Shown: positions 1 to 12,879 of the stretch, piece after piece
How the letters are laid out: each line of letters opens with the position of its first letter
Position numbering within the stretch: position 1 is the stretch's first letter
Assembly (NCBI GenBank): GCA_028023455.1
Contig: JAQFVV010000009.1
Location: 10,664,001-10,728,000, forward strand
Direction: 5' to 3'
Length of the DNA stretch: 64,000 bases
From: Epiperipatus broadwayi
Taxonomy: Eukaryota; Animalia; Onychophora
Program-made: the position numbers and the translations under genes
The notes under the pieces: generated by a model
What the model was told of the DNA's origin: nothing
The model's database searches: none
The model's input: only the letters and a program-made list of their open reading frames with translations

Positions 1-1054
1 CAAAAATATGATTTATTTATTTGGATTGGATAGGTGAATATATTTTCTACATAAAACGATATTACATATATACTGCTAAAATATATGCAGATGGTGTTGT
101 AATAGAGAACTATTATTTACATATGTGTGTGTGCGTATTGAGAAAATTTGGTATTTCTCCTGCAGTATAAGACTGAGAGACATCCTTTAATACAAAACTA
201 ATTCAATTTTTAGCATTTTGAAATCAGTAAGAAAAAAATTGTCATGTTATCATTCATGACTTAATTACAAAAACTTTTTATCTATATATGATAAATATTT
301 TAATATAAAACTAGAGATTTCTCATTCATACATTATGTTATTTATTTTAAAATAGCAATTGCAGTTATGTTATATAACAGGATTGTATTTAAAATCTTTC
401 ATTTTCCAATTGATCTGAATATATTATCAGCAAGGTTTTCTATAGGGAACATATGTTTATCTTTTTAACCTAGCTGATGTTGGAGCAGTTTGTCCTGCTG
501 AAACATATTAAGTAAAATGTGAAGTTCTAGAAATCAGACTTTGATTGAAAACTGCATTGAATATGTATATATTAATTCTAATATTCTCACAGATGAATGA
601 TGAATTCATAGTATTATTTTTAGAAACTTCCGTGTAATATATATAACTTCAAAAAATATTTGCTATCAAATAAAAGGCTTCATGGCTTTAATCAAACTTA
701 ATGGGACAAATTATTAATATCAACTCATATGATGGATTTATTTTTTGCTAATTGTAAATTCAAAACCAAAAAGCACAATGGTTTCCCTTTTTCAAATGAT
801 TGTTTCTAATTGAGACAATGGTTAAGTTTATTAAAAGCAGGATGTGTGTGTAAGTTAATTTTGTTTAAATATTTATATTCATGATAGGCTTATACAAAAT
901 GAAGTCTTCTGTAAGCTACAAAATGATCAGTTGAAATAGCATTTGTCAATTGAAACAGAGAGTAGTGAGAAAAACAATGCTTCAGACTTGGACTGCCATT
1001 CAAAGCTGATTTTTTTGTTGATCATTATCAATTGCAAATCCCCTTTAAATAAAG

Positions 1055-1300
1055 GCAAGATAAAAAAATGAAAGAATGTTAAATAGGACTTTCTTTGGAG
1101 TTTTTTCAATTAGAAAGAACTTTGGTAAGACAATTGATTTGAAAAGTAAATGTTTGTTATTAGAAGACATATTAGAAGCAAGATAAAAAAATGAAAGAAT
1201 GTTAAATAGGACTTTCTTTGGAGTTTTTTCAGTTAGAAAGAACTTTGGTAAGATAATTGATTTGAAAAGTAGATCTTTGTTATTAGAAGACATATTAGAA
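1055..1300. repeat. Tandem duplication, 2 x 123 bp
   Basis: gcaagataaaaaaatgaaag starts at 1055 and 1178; the copies differ by a few substitutions. Confidence 0.92.
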
Positions 1301-4300
1301 ACACAAATGGTATCAAATTTGTTATAAATAAAATATAATAATATTGTCACATCAATCAGAATAGGAGTGTTAGTTTTTTAAATTAATAGAAGATATCAAA
1401 TGCTGACATTTCAGATTTACATCTCAACATGTTCTTGTTTAGACCAAGAAATAGATCATGTCTTTGAAAAAATCCAACAATATTTTTTCCATAAATAAAT
1501 TTGAAAATAGAAACCTAAGTGAGAAGGGACATAGTATTAGATAATTAGTAGAAAAAATGGAACTGCATATTACAAAATTTTTAATTGTAATGAAAAATCC
1601 AGAAAAAATAGATAGTTGTATCAAAATGTAGGCAAAGAATGTCTAGATTATATGATGATTAACAGAAAATGTGTGTTTCAAAGAAATATACACTGACAGG
1701 GTATTGAGATATAGTACCATCAAACCAACTGACATGCTAATTACTCAATACCTAATCTCAAATGCAATATTATTATTTTCTGATATTTTTTGTTCCAGAA
1801 TTTTTTCCAGATTAGCAATTATGTTGGATTAAGAATAATTCAATAGTATCCTTTTTTCCATTTATAATTTTTTTATAATATCCAAATATTGCTGCAATAA
1901 TATATATTAATTTTAATATATTTTTAGATATATTTATTTTTATATAGTCAATAAATAATTAATAAATGAATAAATAAAAATGTATCCATCTATAGATAAA
2001 CTACCTTCCCAGCTTTGTTTCTTTTTAAAAAAGTTATCATTGGCTATAATATATACATAATATAGCATTAGCATTCATATTAATTAGGCGTATTTATTTA
2101 TTGCACTGTGTTTACTATGTTTTTAATGTATCTATATTCAAGATTAAATAAAAATTTTAAGTAAATTGTAATTTTTTTTAAATAATCTGAAATCAGGAAA
2201 ATTTTCAAAGCCTTCTTGTAGTTTGGTCCACATAATTATGTGTTGATCTATAAAGATTCAAATGAATGGTATTCTGTCTATGCAGACAAATAAAATTACT
2301 GATATATTTCCTATTGTTCTTTATGGTAATGTATGCATTAAAAATAAAAATATCTATACATTTAATAATTTGTAGTAAGTTAAAATTTTTCCTATTAAAT
2401 AAATTTTACAAAAATATCACAAACCTTTTAATGGCAAATATTTTTCAATTCAAAGATAATGTTTTCCTACTATGGTAAATAAAAATATCCAAAAGTCAAT
2501 GCAAGAAAATACTGAAAATAGATTATGATTATGAGAAAATGTTTATGTCTGATTTCTAATTTACCTAATCATATTAATTTTTTTTTTTAAGTAATGATTT
2601 TTAATTTTAATAATACAATTGTATATCATTTTTAAATATATAAATATGAATTATTTTGTAATTTTTTGTAATATTTTTTTATCCTTTACAATATGATGTG
2701 AACTGAAACTTTATCCCTTATATAAAATTGAAGAACAAAAAAAAATTGTATGGACAAAGATTTTAGGTATACAAATTTTATTAATTTAATCAATTAATAA
2801 AGAAAAGAAAGTATAAACAATTTATTAATTTAATCAATCAATAAAGAAAAAAGAAATAGAGAAAATAGCCATTTTGCACTTTATATGTATTTATCTTTTG
2901 AATTACATTTTCTGAGGAAAAGTTTATCAAAATTCTTGAAATTATATCTTGTTAACCAAATTATTTGTTCATAATAGCTAGTATTTTCCAGCTCTACCAA
3001 GGCAAATTGGGGAGCTGTCTAGAGAGCAGAACTCAATGAAAGCTGGGATATTGATATTTAGAATTCACTACACTAGTAAAAATTTCTTAATTATTTACAT
3101 TAAGTATAATATCTTCTAATATTGATGTATAGAATATTTCAATATTTCACAAGTGTTAATAGTATATAAAAAAGAAATGTAAGTAAAGTGAATAATTTAA
3201 TATATTCACGCTTTTATTCCAAGATGATTAAGATTGGCCTATATAATTGTATTTAGGTATAAATATAATATAGCTGTTTTTATTTTTTTAATCTTGTGAT
3301 TTGGATTGAGAGTTTACTTGTATTTATCATCACTAACTGAATATTATAATCTGTGGAGATTTGATTATCTTGTCCTTAGAAATCACAATTTTATACAAAA
3401 TAGATGCTTTTAAGAATCATAAATTTTGTGCTTTTTATTTTTTTTACAGAATATTTATGCTAAAAATATTACTAACAAATGACAATTATAATAAAAACAT
3501 TTTAATAATACTTGAAAGACAATAAAAAAATTTCTATATTATATAACTTATTCAAGATACAAGGCCAAATGCTTTAAAAGCTATTATAAATGTTTTTGAA
3601 CTACTGTTATACTTAGTGCATAATTTTATATTGTACTTCTTTAAAGATTTAATTTAAAAATTGTTCTGATGATACAAAAGTAGTATATGGACCATTACTA
3701 AATCTTTCAATCATGGTGTTTTAAAAACAATGGCATAACTTCTTAATATTGTATAGATTTGAATCAAATGTTGGTTCTATTCATGCTTACATGAGTCAAA
3801 AAAGTGGTAAGGTAAAAAATGTTATCACAGAAGAATGTTCTGGGACACAATTACACTTTATTACACAATCATTTAGAATAATAAGTGCTTGATTTTGTTA
3901 ATTTTTCTTATAAAAAAAAAACAATTAAAAAACTTATATAATAATATAAGCATGAAAATGTTATATATATATAAAATATAATACTGAATGGAAGCTGTTT
4001 TTATTTCTTTCAAAAATAAACAAACAATATAATACAAAACTATATGTTTATTGAAGATATTAATTCTTGTATATTTTTATAAATTTCTAGATTATATAAT
4101 TTACTTATTTTGCTAAAGACAATATAATAGGATAATCAACAGGATATAGTTTAAATATCTATTGTTCTCTATGGTTTAGTGTAATGATAGAATGATGAAC
4201 TCAGCTCAATATCCATGGATTGTAGCTCCAAATCTGTTTTCTCCTGGTGGCCAAATTTATTATTAACTGAACAATAAACCACTTGATTGCTTATTAAAAA

Positions 4301-6114
4301 TCTATTACATATTACATTATAAACCAGTTTAGCTTTCAATCTGCACATGATATATTCATTTAAGATGGTCTTTTATCATTAAAGAAACAATCTCTCAACA
4401 TATATTCTTAGTAATGGCAATTTTTAAGTATATGTATGTTAATATATATAGTTCTCAAGAATTTTATGTACCCATATGTCCATGATATAAACTCATGGGG
4501 CTTTCTGCTTGCCTCTTTGCTTTTTTAAAGACATTATCTTCTCTATGTAGGAATTATTTCATAAGCTATATCATTTTTGGATGATGTATTTTTAATCTTT
4601 AGAGGCATTAGTAATATACAATCAATTATTAAAGTAATGGCAATTAAAAAAAGTTTAAACTGTTGGCAATTAAACCCAGTATGACACATTGTGGGGCCAA
4701 ATTTGGCAATGCTAGAATACTAGTTATAAAAATAAAAAGTAGTTTTGTAAAATAGTATTTATAATCAAAAACAATTTTTGTTAGTACCAAAAAAAAAATT
4801 AACAAAAATGCACATTCAGTGAGTCAAACTAAAAAAAGTAAATTTTATTTTGTATTAATTGTGCAAATACTTGCTTTGTATTTATTTCGTCTTTGATGTG
4901 GATAATTTTGAGCAACTCCATAATAAATTTTACTTTCGTTTTGTAATTGTTTGTACTTTGTATATCTTGCAGTTTTTTTAAAAAATATTTTCATCATAAA
5001 ATTAATATAAAACAAGGTCATGACTAACTGATTCGAATTTGAAAAATACTCTGATACATTCATTTAGTGCAAAAATTAAAAATTTGATGGAAGTAAAACA
5101 GTCTCAGAAATCTTATTAAAGTAAGCAATATAAAACCCTTTTTTTTCCGTAATACTTTATTATAACATGAAAAAAACGCTAAAATTTATTTATCTATAAG
5201 ATATTAATTATTATACAAAAACTGTATGGGGCATATGAATTTATTTTAAAAATTAGTGTAATTATTATAAAATGGTGGCCATTCTTGATTTAAAACAATT
5301 AGTCTGGACTATTTTATTACTTTAAATATTTATTAGTATTCTAAAAGCTATTATTTGAAATAAAATATATTTAAAAAGTAAAATATGCAATTTTGAAAAG
5401 TTTGTCATATCTTCTGATAATAAACAAAATATTGTTCCCTTCTTTGCTTCACAAAACAAAAATATTCTTGTAAATAGAAAAAATTAATGAATTTTTTTAT
5501 TATAAATAATAATTGTTTCAGTAAATTAAAATTTAATTATCTTTCAAATGTTTTAAAATACGTTAAAAAATTTTTTTTTCGAATCTTTTTTTGAATATGT
5601 CTGTTTATATCCAGTATAAATAAATATAAAGCCAGCAAATTTAGAACAAGTTGGCTGCTATTTTTTAATAGCCTTAATGGTTAACTAGTATTACCAAATT
5701 CAATGAGTTATTTATATATTAAGTATTATAATGAATGCAATGAATGTCCCCTTTTTTTTAAATATGGAATTTGAAGTAAATATTTAAAGCCATAGTAAGT
5801 CATTAACTTTTGCATTCTTGACTTCAGTCCATGTAAAAAATCGTTATTATTATTACAAACTTTTATATATTAAAATTAAATTTATATTTTTATAATTTCT
5901 ACTACAGTTTCATTTATCTTAAACTTATATATTTAATGTTTATTTGTTATGTCATGTCTCTGTGTTGTGCTAGTTTGTGTGAATTTTCATATATGTATGG
6001 AACTTTAAGTCTCCTCTCTCTGTATTTTTCTATCCTTAGAAATTAATTCAATATAAGACTTCTGGATGTTTTGAGACTTTTTGATGTTTTATGAATTGTT
6101 ACATTTTCATTTAC

Positions 6115-6157
6115 CATTGTCAAACTTCCTTCGTCTCACAACTTTGACGCCATCCAT
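6115..6157 (-). CDS. Candidate first coding exon (MDGVKVVRRRKFDN), gene unidentified
   Basis: ATG in gaaATGg context, 14 open codons, G|GTAAAT donor, locally higher GC with retained CpGs. No homology recognised. Confidence 0.2.
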
Positions 6158-7963
6158 TTCAGATAAATACAATAATGATCATTACTAATCATTATTGAAG
6201 CTAAAGATTATGCTCTGCCATTTTGGTACAAGAATGGTACTTGACATAACTAGCATCTGACTATGTGATGAGTGTCTTGCTTTATCTAAAGTGGGGGAAA
6301 TGAAAGAATTATATATGAATTGATGAAAATCTGTACAAGATTGTAATATTAAATGTTTTTATACATTGGTAAATTCTGTGCATGTGTGTGTGTACACAGA
6401 CACTTTTTTTTTAATGCAAATATTTCTAAAATCAGCAGACATAAAATAAGAAATGAATTAATTCACTATTCCAGTAAACAAAATGAATAAATTTGCATAA
6501 CTATTTTTCAAACAATTATATATTTTTTTATTTTTATGATGAGCAATGTGAATGGGTATTTTAAAATATGTGACATCTACAAAATAATAATATCAATTTT
6601 AATAATAATAAAAATTAAAGGTAATTTTTTTGTACCTAGGCATGCAATGAAATAATTCATATGGTATAGGATTTTTATTTTTAACTTCTATTTTTTTTTT
6701 AATGCAAGTAAGTTTATTGCTCATTGATTGAAGATTGAGTAGCCAATAAGATCTTTTCATTCATCGTTCTTCCCTCTGAATTAAGTTATGAGCTATGGGA
6801 CCTTAAATGAAAAAAAATTGATTGTGCTTAATCTGATACTAGAGTGCTTGCCATAACCTTCTGAATTGTCTTCTGTAGAATAGTGCTGAAAGAAAATTTT
6901 TGTTCTATATAAAAGGCTGTTTCTTTTTTCTGCTATATGTATAATAATCTTACATATGCTTTAGTATTAATTCAAATTACTTCAGTAATAATATTAAGCA
7001 AAATCAATGTTCAATATATTATTTTACAAGTGCCACAAAACATTTATTTCAATAACATTTGTTCTTTTTCAGATACACTTTTAAAAATTATTGTCATAAA
7101 AATATGTAATAGAATCCAAATATGCTAGAAAATTATATATCAATTTTTGAGAAAATTATACCGAGAAAGAACTTAATTGTTTGAAAAATAGCTATGCAAA
7201 TAAAGTTTATTTTATATATAGGAATAAGACAATTTACCTACTTATTACAATCCATATTCATATTACTATTGTCATGAAAATATAAACTTAGAAACTTAAC
7301 TTCTTACAGGCTTAGTGCAACCATTACAAACTAGTTGGATTTTTTAAAATCTACTTTTAAGAGATTAACATTTAAAAAGTATCTAAAAAAGAGATCAAAT
7401 GCCATCAAAACAAATATCTTACATTTTTTTATTATTATAGATGGAGTTAAAAGGTGAATCATATTTATGTTTACATATATATGTAAAGAATGAAACCGCC
7501 TTACATACTTAAATCTTTTTTTATTCTCCCTAAATAGAAAAAATAAGGCATTACTAGGTTTCAAATAGGTATTAAGCTGTTTGATGAACGTTTCTATTTT
7601 TCCTGCATAGCTAGGTTATTTAAGAACTGACAGACTAAAAATAATCCTAGTTTGCTGAGAAATTCTAAAAATACTCTTAAAAAAAGTTGTCAGTTTTACC
7701 TGTATTGGATTGAGTTTACTACTACCTGTAACCATTATGCCAAAGACCTATTATACATATATAATCAAATAGATGCAGTGTAATAATATAAAAGAAATTG
7801 AAATAAAATCATATCTTCAAAGCAATCTCTATAATTTTTATATTTAATTTATTGTCACATTATTTTGATTTTTTCATCAATTTGACAACCTATTCACAAA
7901 TTCAAATAAATTAAATCTATAACAAACACAATCTTCTAATTTAAAAATAGATCATTAATTTCA

Positions 7964-8206
7964 ATATATATATATAACAAATCACATGCAAACTTTTTTA
8001 TAAATCTTGATTTATTGTATGAACTATTATAAAGTACAAAAAATACTTCCACGTTTTGACTATATTCTTTTATAGACTTTATTGAGAAAGACTGTAAAAG
8101 AATATAGTCAAAACTTTGGAATATTTTTTGTACTTTATAATAATTTATATAATAAATCAAGATTTATTAAAGAAGTTTGCATGTGCTTTGTTTTGTATAT
8201 ATATAT
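7964..8206. repeat. Imperfect palindrome (foldback), arms ~117 bp, 6-nt loop
   Basis: 7964-8080 is the approximate reverse complement of 8087-8206 (e.g. ttttgactatattctttta / taaaagaatatagtcaaaa). Confidence 0.88.
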
Positions 8207-8703
8207 CTTCAAATATTATAAAATTTGTAAAAGTTATTTTGAAGATTTGTTATCTTATAGTTTATTTGTTTCATTTATATATGTTGGTCATGTTAAATGT
8301 AGCATAAAAAATTATTTTGTGTATTTTGTACTTAAAATCATGAAAGTTCTCTTATGTTATGTCAAATGAAATCAAATGGGAAATAGCAAAATATGTTTAA
8401 ATTTGAACTGAGGCAGTAGTGTAAAATTATCAAATATTTCTTCTTTATTTCATGACTATTCTTTCTCATTTAATTTTTTTTTCTTTTACTAAAATGGATA
8501 CTTATTTCCAATAAACTACTCATTTTTCATCATTAATGGTAAATATTCTTTAATTGTGGAGTTGGAAGTTCAAAGTAACTTATAATAATTAATATTTTTT
8601 TTCAATTTCAGTATTTACAATTTTATATTGAGATGGTTATGTGTCTCATGGCATACAACAACATAGTAGTGTGTGTGCATGTATAAATATATAAAGTTGA
8701 AAG

Positions 8704-9020
8704 TAATAAATATAATAAATGTGCTTATATGCAACTATAGAGAAGCTTGTTACTTCTATAATTTAAATATGGATTAGCACTTTTGAAAACTTATGGCATT
8801 CTCATAGCAAGATGAATAATAATGGGGAGATGCTCTCCATTATTATTCTATTTCATCTTGCTATGAGTATGAAAATGCCATAAGTTTTTGAAAGTACTAA
8901 GCCGTATTTAATTTATAGAAATAACAAGCTTCTCTATAGTTGCATATAAGCACACATTACATTTATTAATCACATATAGAAGAAATACAAACAATTAACA
9001 TCATTACATAAAGTTGAAAG
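8704..9020. mobile_element. Palindromic insertion (arms 8718-8830 / 8834-8957) with 13-bp target duplication
   Basis: Hairpin centred on ggaga-tgc-tctcc. ataaagttgaaag occurs at 8691-8703 and 9008-9020. The paralogous site at ~13076 has a single copy and no insert. Confidence 0.7.
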
Positions 9021-9366
9021 GAAAAGTAGAAATATTGTACAAACAAATTTTTTTGTAGATATTTTCTATATTATACCAGAATAACAGTTAAAAATTAAAA
9101 AAATTATTATAAATTAAACATTTAAAAAGGTCTAGTTAATATTTTATTAATTTTGATTTTGAAATCTAAAACAAGAGTTTTCATGTTATAATAGATATAC
9201 TGGTAATTATAAAATTCCACTCTATTTTTAATTAGATTAAGACTTTTTTAAATTAAATATTTTGATAAAATTCTACAAAGTTGTTTTTGAAAGAATTAAG
9301 CTAAACTGAAAAGAGTCATTAACTTTTTTAAGTCAAGATAAAGAAAAACTTTACTTAATTGTTGTT

Positions 9367-10082
9367 AAATAAATTATTTATTTTATATAGCACGATATTT
9401 TTAAACTGTAATAATAATCAGCCATTAAGCTAATGCACATGCGCTTTATGCATTTTAACTATAAATGAACACTCTTTCTTTCCAAACACAAGATAAAGTC
9501 TTTGTGAAAAGATAGAATAAATCCATCTATCCTTTCAACCCAAACATTTAAATATGGGCAAATCTTAAGCATTTGGAAATGAGAGTGTGAGGATATTAAT
9601 CCCTCTAAATTATACCCACTATGCCTGAATGAATGACGCTTGCAAAATTTACTAGATTTTACGATACATCATTCTTAGTTAAAATTAAACATATGTAAAT
9701 AAGATATTTATTTTATATAGTGTGATGTTTTAAACTGTAATAATAATCAGCCATTAAGCTAATGCACATGTGCTTTGTGGATTTTAACTATAAATGAACA
9801 CTCTCACTTTTGAAACACAAGATAAAGTCTTTGTGAAATCATAGAATGAATCCATTCAGGCATAGTGGAGTAATTTAGAGTGATTGTTCTAATATCCTTA
9901 CAGTCTCATTTCCAAATGCTTAAGATTTTCCCATACTTAAATGTTTGGGTTGAAAGGATAGATGGATTCATTCCATCTTTTCACAAAGACTTTATCTTGT
10001 GTTTGGAAAGTAAGAGTGTTCATTTATAGTTAAAATCCACAAAGCACATGTGCATTAGCTTAATGGCTGATTAATTGTTGTT
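9367..10082. mobile_element. TSD-flanked insertion with direct, partial direct and inverted repeats (PLE terminal-repeat-like architecture)
   Basis: TSD ttaattgttgtt at 9355-9366 and 10071-10082. Repeat A ~9373-9635, partial direct copy ~9706-9853, inverted copy ~9854-10072. Absent from the paralogous site at ~13415. No coding remnant, so the family call rests on architecture only. Confidence 0.65.
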
Positions 10083-11136
10083 TTTAAATTTCATGATATA
10101 CTATAAAAGGTGGATCTGAATCATTCATGAGACTTACAACAGATGACAACATTATTATTATGAAGTTATAATGGGAGGCAAAAATTAGAGTGGTTGCTAA
10201 TGTCACTATGATAGAGTTTGAATTCACATGTAAGCAAGTTCCATTTTTATTTTGTTTCATAGCCCATATATGTGTGTATTAGATGACAGTGCCTGAAGTC
10301 TACCAAATTATAGTGACTGAATGCCAATAATTACTAAATTATACTTTCCTGAAAATGACAATAAATCAGTCTACTGTTTTAGAAGGGACTAGCTTATCAA
10401 GAGATTCCATTGGCTTGCTGAAGAATTAGTTTCTATATATACTGTTTTATTTATATGCACAGGAGCACAGGTAAAGATACTGCATTATATAAATAAAGTA
10501 CAGCTGGTGAATAGAGTGTGTTATATATTGAGAACAATATTTTTTTTAAATAATTTCTTTAAAATGACAGTTAAAATCTCTAATTTACACGATTTAAAAG
10601 TGAACAACTTTTATCTAAATTATTCAATTAAAACTAAAATAAGTTTGCTTAAATAAATGACACTTGTTTTCAGTTTGTATTTTTACTTTTGATAGTAAAA
10701 AAAAAAAAATGAAAAAAGTTGTTTTAAAATATTGAAAACAAAGCAACAACAGCCTGAATTTTAATGAACTACCCAAACAAGAACAGAGATGTTTTTTTAA
10801 AGAAAAAAATTTACTTATAATTAAAAAATAATGGACTACTAATCTTAATAATATTTAAAAGTCTTATTATTTACTTTTATATATACACACACATACATGT
10901 GCATTTTATGTATATTTTCAACATGGAATTATGTCTTGGATTAATAATTTCATTATTTTTGACAAATGAAATATCATAGGATATAAATGTCAGTTAATGC
11001 ACACATATGATGGTAGACACACATTTATGTTAAATTAATCATTTATGTATTATTAAGAATGAATCAAATTTTATTATTAGCTTATCACAATTTTAAAATG
11101 TTAGTTTTCTAATTTTATTCAGTATATATGAATTCT

Positions 11137-11138
<2 letters not shown>

Positions 11139-11178
<40 letters not shown>

Positions 11179-11187
11179 CATGTCATG

Positions 11188-11219
<32 letters not shown>

Positions 11220-11220
11220 C
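11139..11220. repeat. Compound (TA)n(TG)n microsatellite, duplicated
   Basis: Two successive (ta)n(tg)n-catgtcatgta blocks. Confidence 0.9.
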
Positions 11221-12841
11221 ATGTCATGTAGACACATATATTAAAATCCATATATGTTAAAATTAAGTCTTATTTTAAAAATGAATTTTTATTATTGGTT
11301 TATGACAATTCAAAAATGTTAATTTTAAATTATATAGAGATGAGTTTTATGTAAATCTATTGAGATATATATGTAAATCACAATGTAATAGTATATATTT
11401 TGTATATCTTAATCAAAATCACAATACTGAATTTATATTTTATAGCATACCTAATAGACCTTAATTTAATTTTATTGTTATTCATAAATTTATATTTCAT
11501 TAAGTTATTTCAGTGAATTTTTTCAAAACTAAAATAGGTTTAAAATATTATAAATTATTATACATTAGTATTATCTTTTGCTCACAGTAACAATTATAGA
11601 GTTTACACACTGAGCTGAATTCATTCATAACACTCAGATAGATTAGGATTATGTTTAGTGTTATAGACATTCAGATGATGATGATGATTCTGGTTGGCAT
11701 AAAGGGATATCCTTTAAAGTCCATGCATAACATTATTAGAAATTTAAGTTTATAGTTAGCCAGTACGTTAATGGTACTAAATGGTCAAGGCATTGATGAT
11801 GATCAGCATGTTTCTGTATCCCAGAATTATTTTTTTAATTGTAGTACTTAAGTTTGTGCATCCAAATTATTTATATAATCTGTCCCAAGTTTGGCATGGC
11901 TAAATAATTAGACTGGTCTTTAGTGGACCTTTTTCAAATCCAGTCATAAGATTGACTGTTGATTTTATTTTTGATCATTTATGATGATGAGTGATTATTT
12001 TCATCTATAATGCTGGTGAACTTATAGTTAATTTATTTCTTGCTGATCTCTTATGCTCATATTCATTATATTTGTTGTATATTTAAATTTGATTTATTAA
12101 CTGGGGTTGATGATGATGATGATTGTCCCAAAATTTATTCTCCCTTTGCACCATTTACAGATGGTACCTAAGGTGAGACAAAGATGAAGTACTGGTAGCC
12201 ATTACTACAAAATTGCTACTCAACTTTATATAGTCATATCTTAGAAAGAAAAAAAGATGCATATTATGAAAATTAATATTAAAAAAAAATTACTGTGAAA
12301 TATGTGACAAGAGTATTGATGATTATAAATTATAAAATAATAGGAATAGTTTTAATGCATAATTAAGAAATTCATATTTAGAGTTGAATAAAATATCTAT
12401 GATTTTGAAGATTGTATTAGGTTTTTGATTATAAAAGTTTGTTCAATTGTACTTTCAGTTTTGATGATGGATTGAGGGTTTTATCATTGGTTTGAAGGTA
12501 CAATGTTTTTAGTAGCTCTTAGAAGTGTTTTATATCAGGCATTGATCTAAGCCTCTTTATAATTTCTTATTGTTTATCATGGTGCAGTTAACATAGTCCT
12601 GTCATGATCCCTGCCTCTAACTCTTCAAGAAAAAGAGCAAGGCATGGTTTCATATTCTCCACCCCCCAAAACTCATAAGAGCAGGTCATAGTTCTGAATT
12701 TACCAGTCCCTAAGATTCAAAGAAGCAGGACTTTTGAAAGATGTTTGTATTTTAATTTTATATCAAGGGTTGTAGTAGCTTATAATGTCTAAATTGAGGC
12801 AGTATTTTTTGATATATTCATGCTGCATTGTGTACTTATAG

Positions 12842-12879
12842 TTCAATAGTTGAATTTTTTACCTATCTCAGAAATGCAG
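12842..12879 (+). CDS. Candidate 38-nt internal exon (SIVEFFTYLRNA)
   Basis: tgtacttatag| acceptor, strong CAG|GTAAGC donor, one open frame. No homology recognised. Confidence 0.2.

Larger units (their letters stand above)
8631..12160 (+). repeat. Triplicated unit of unknown origin, copy 1 (contains two secondary insertions)
   Basis: Colinear similarity to 13013-16716 and, inverted, to ~58865-60700 (e.g. gacaataa..ctactgttttagaagggac at 10357, at 13673 and on the minus strand near 60575-60600). Confidence 0.85.

Noticed and set aside
2985-3055. GC-rich multibranch fold (ttccagct...agctggga)
   Set aside because: Short stems and no recognisable RNA family; equally explained as an exon-like island.
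4192-4270. C/D-box snoRNA-like segment (ATGATGA...CTGA) with a 10-nt complement to an 18S rRNA motif
   Set aside because: No terminal stem, the complement is not positioned next to a D/D' box, and a 10-nt match is expected by chance.
12161-12172. 12-nt microexon ATGGTACCTAAG
   Set aside because: Splice motifs alone; not conserved in the paralogous copy.
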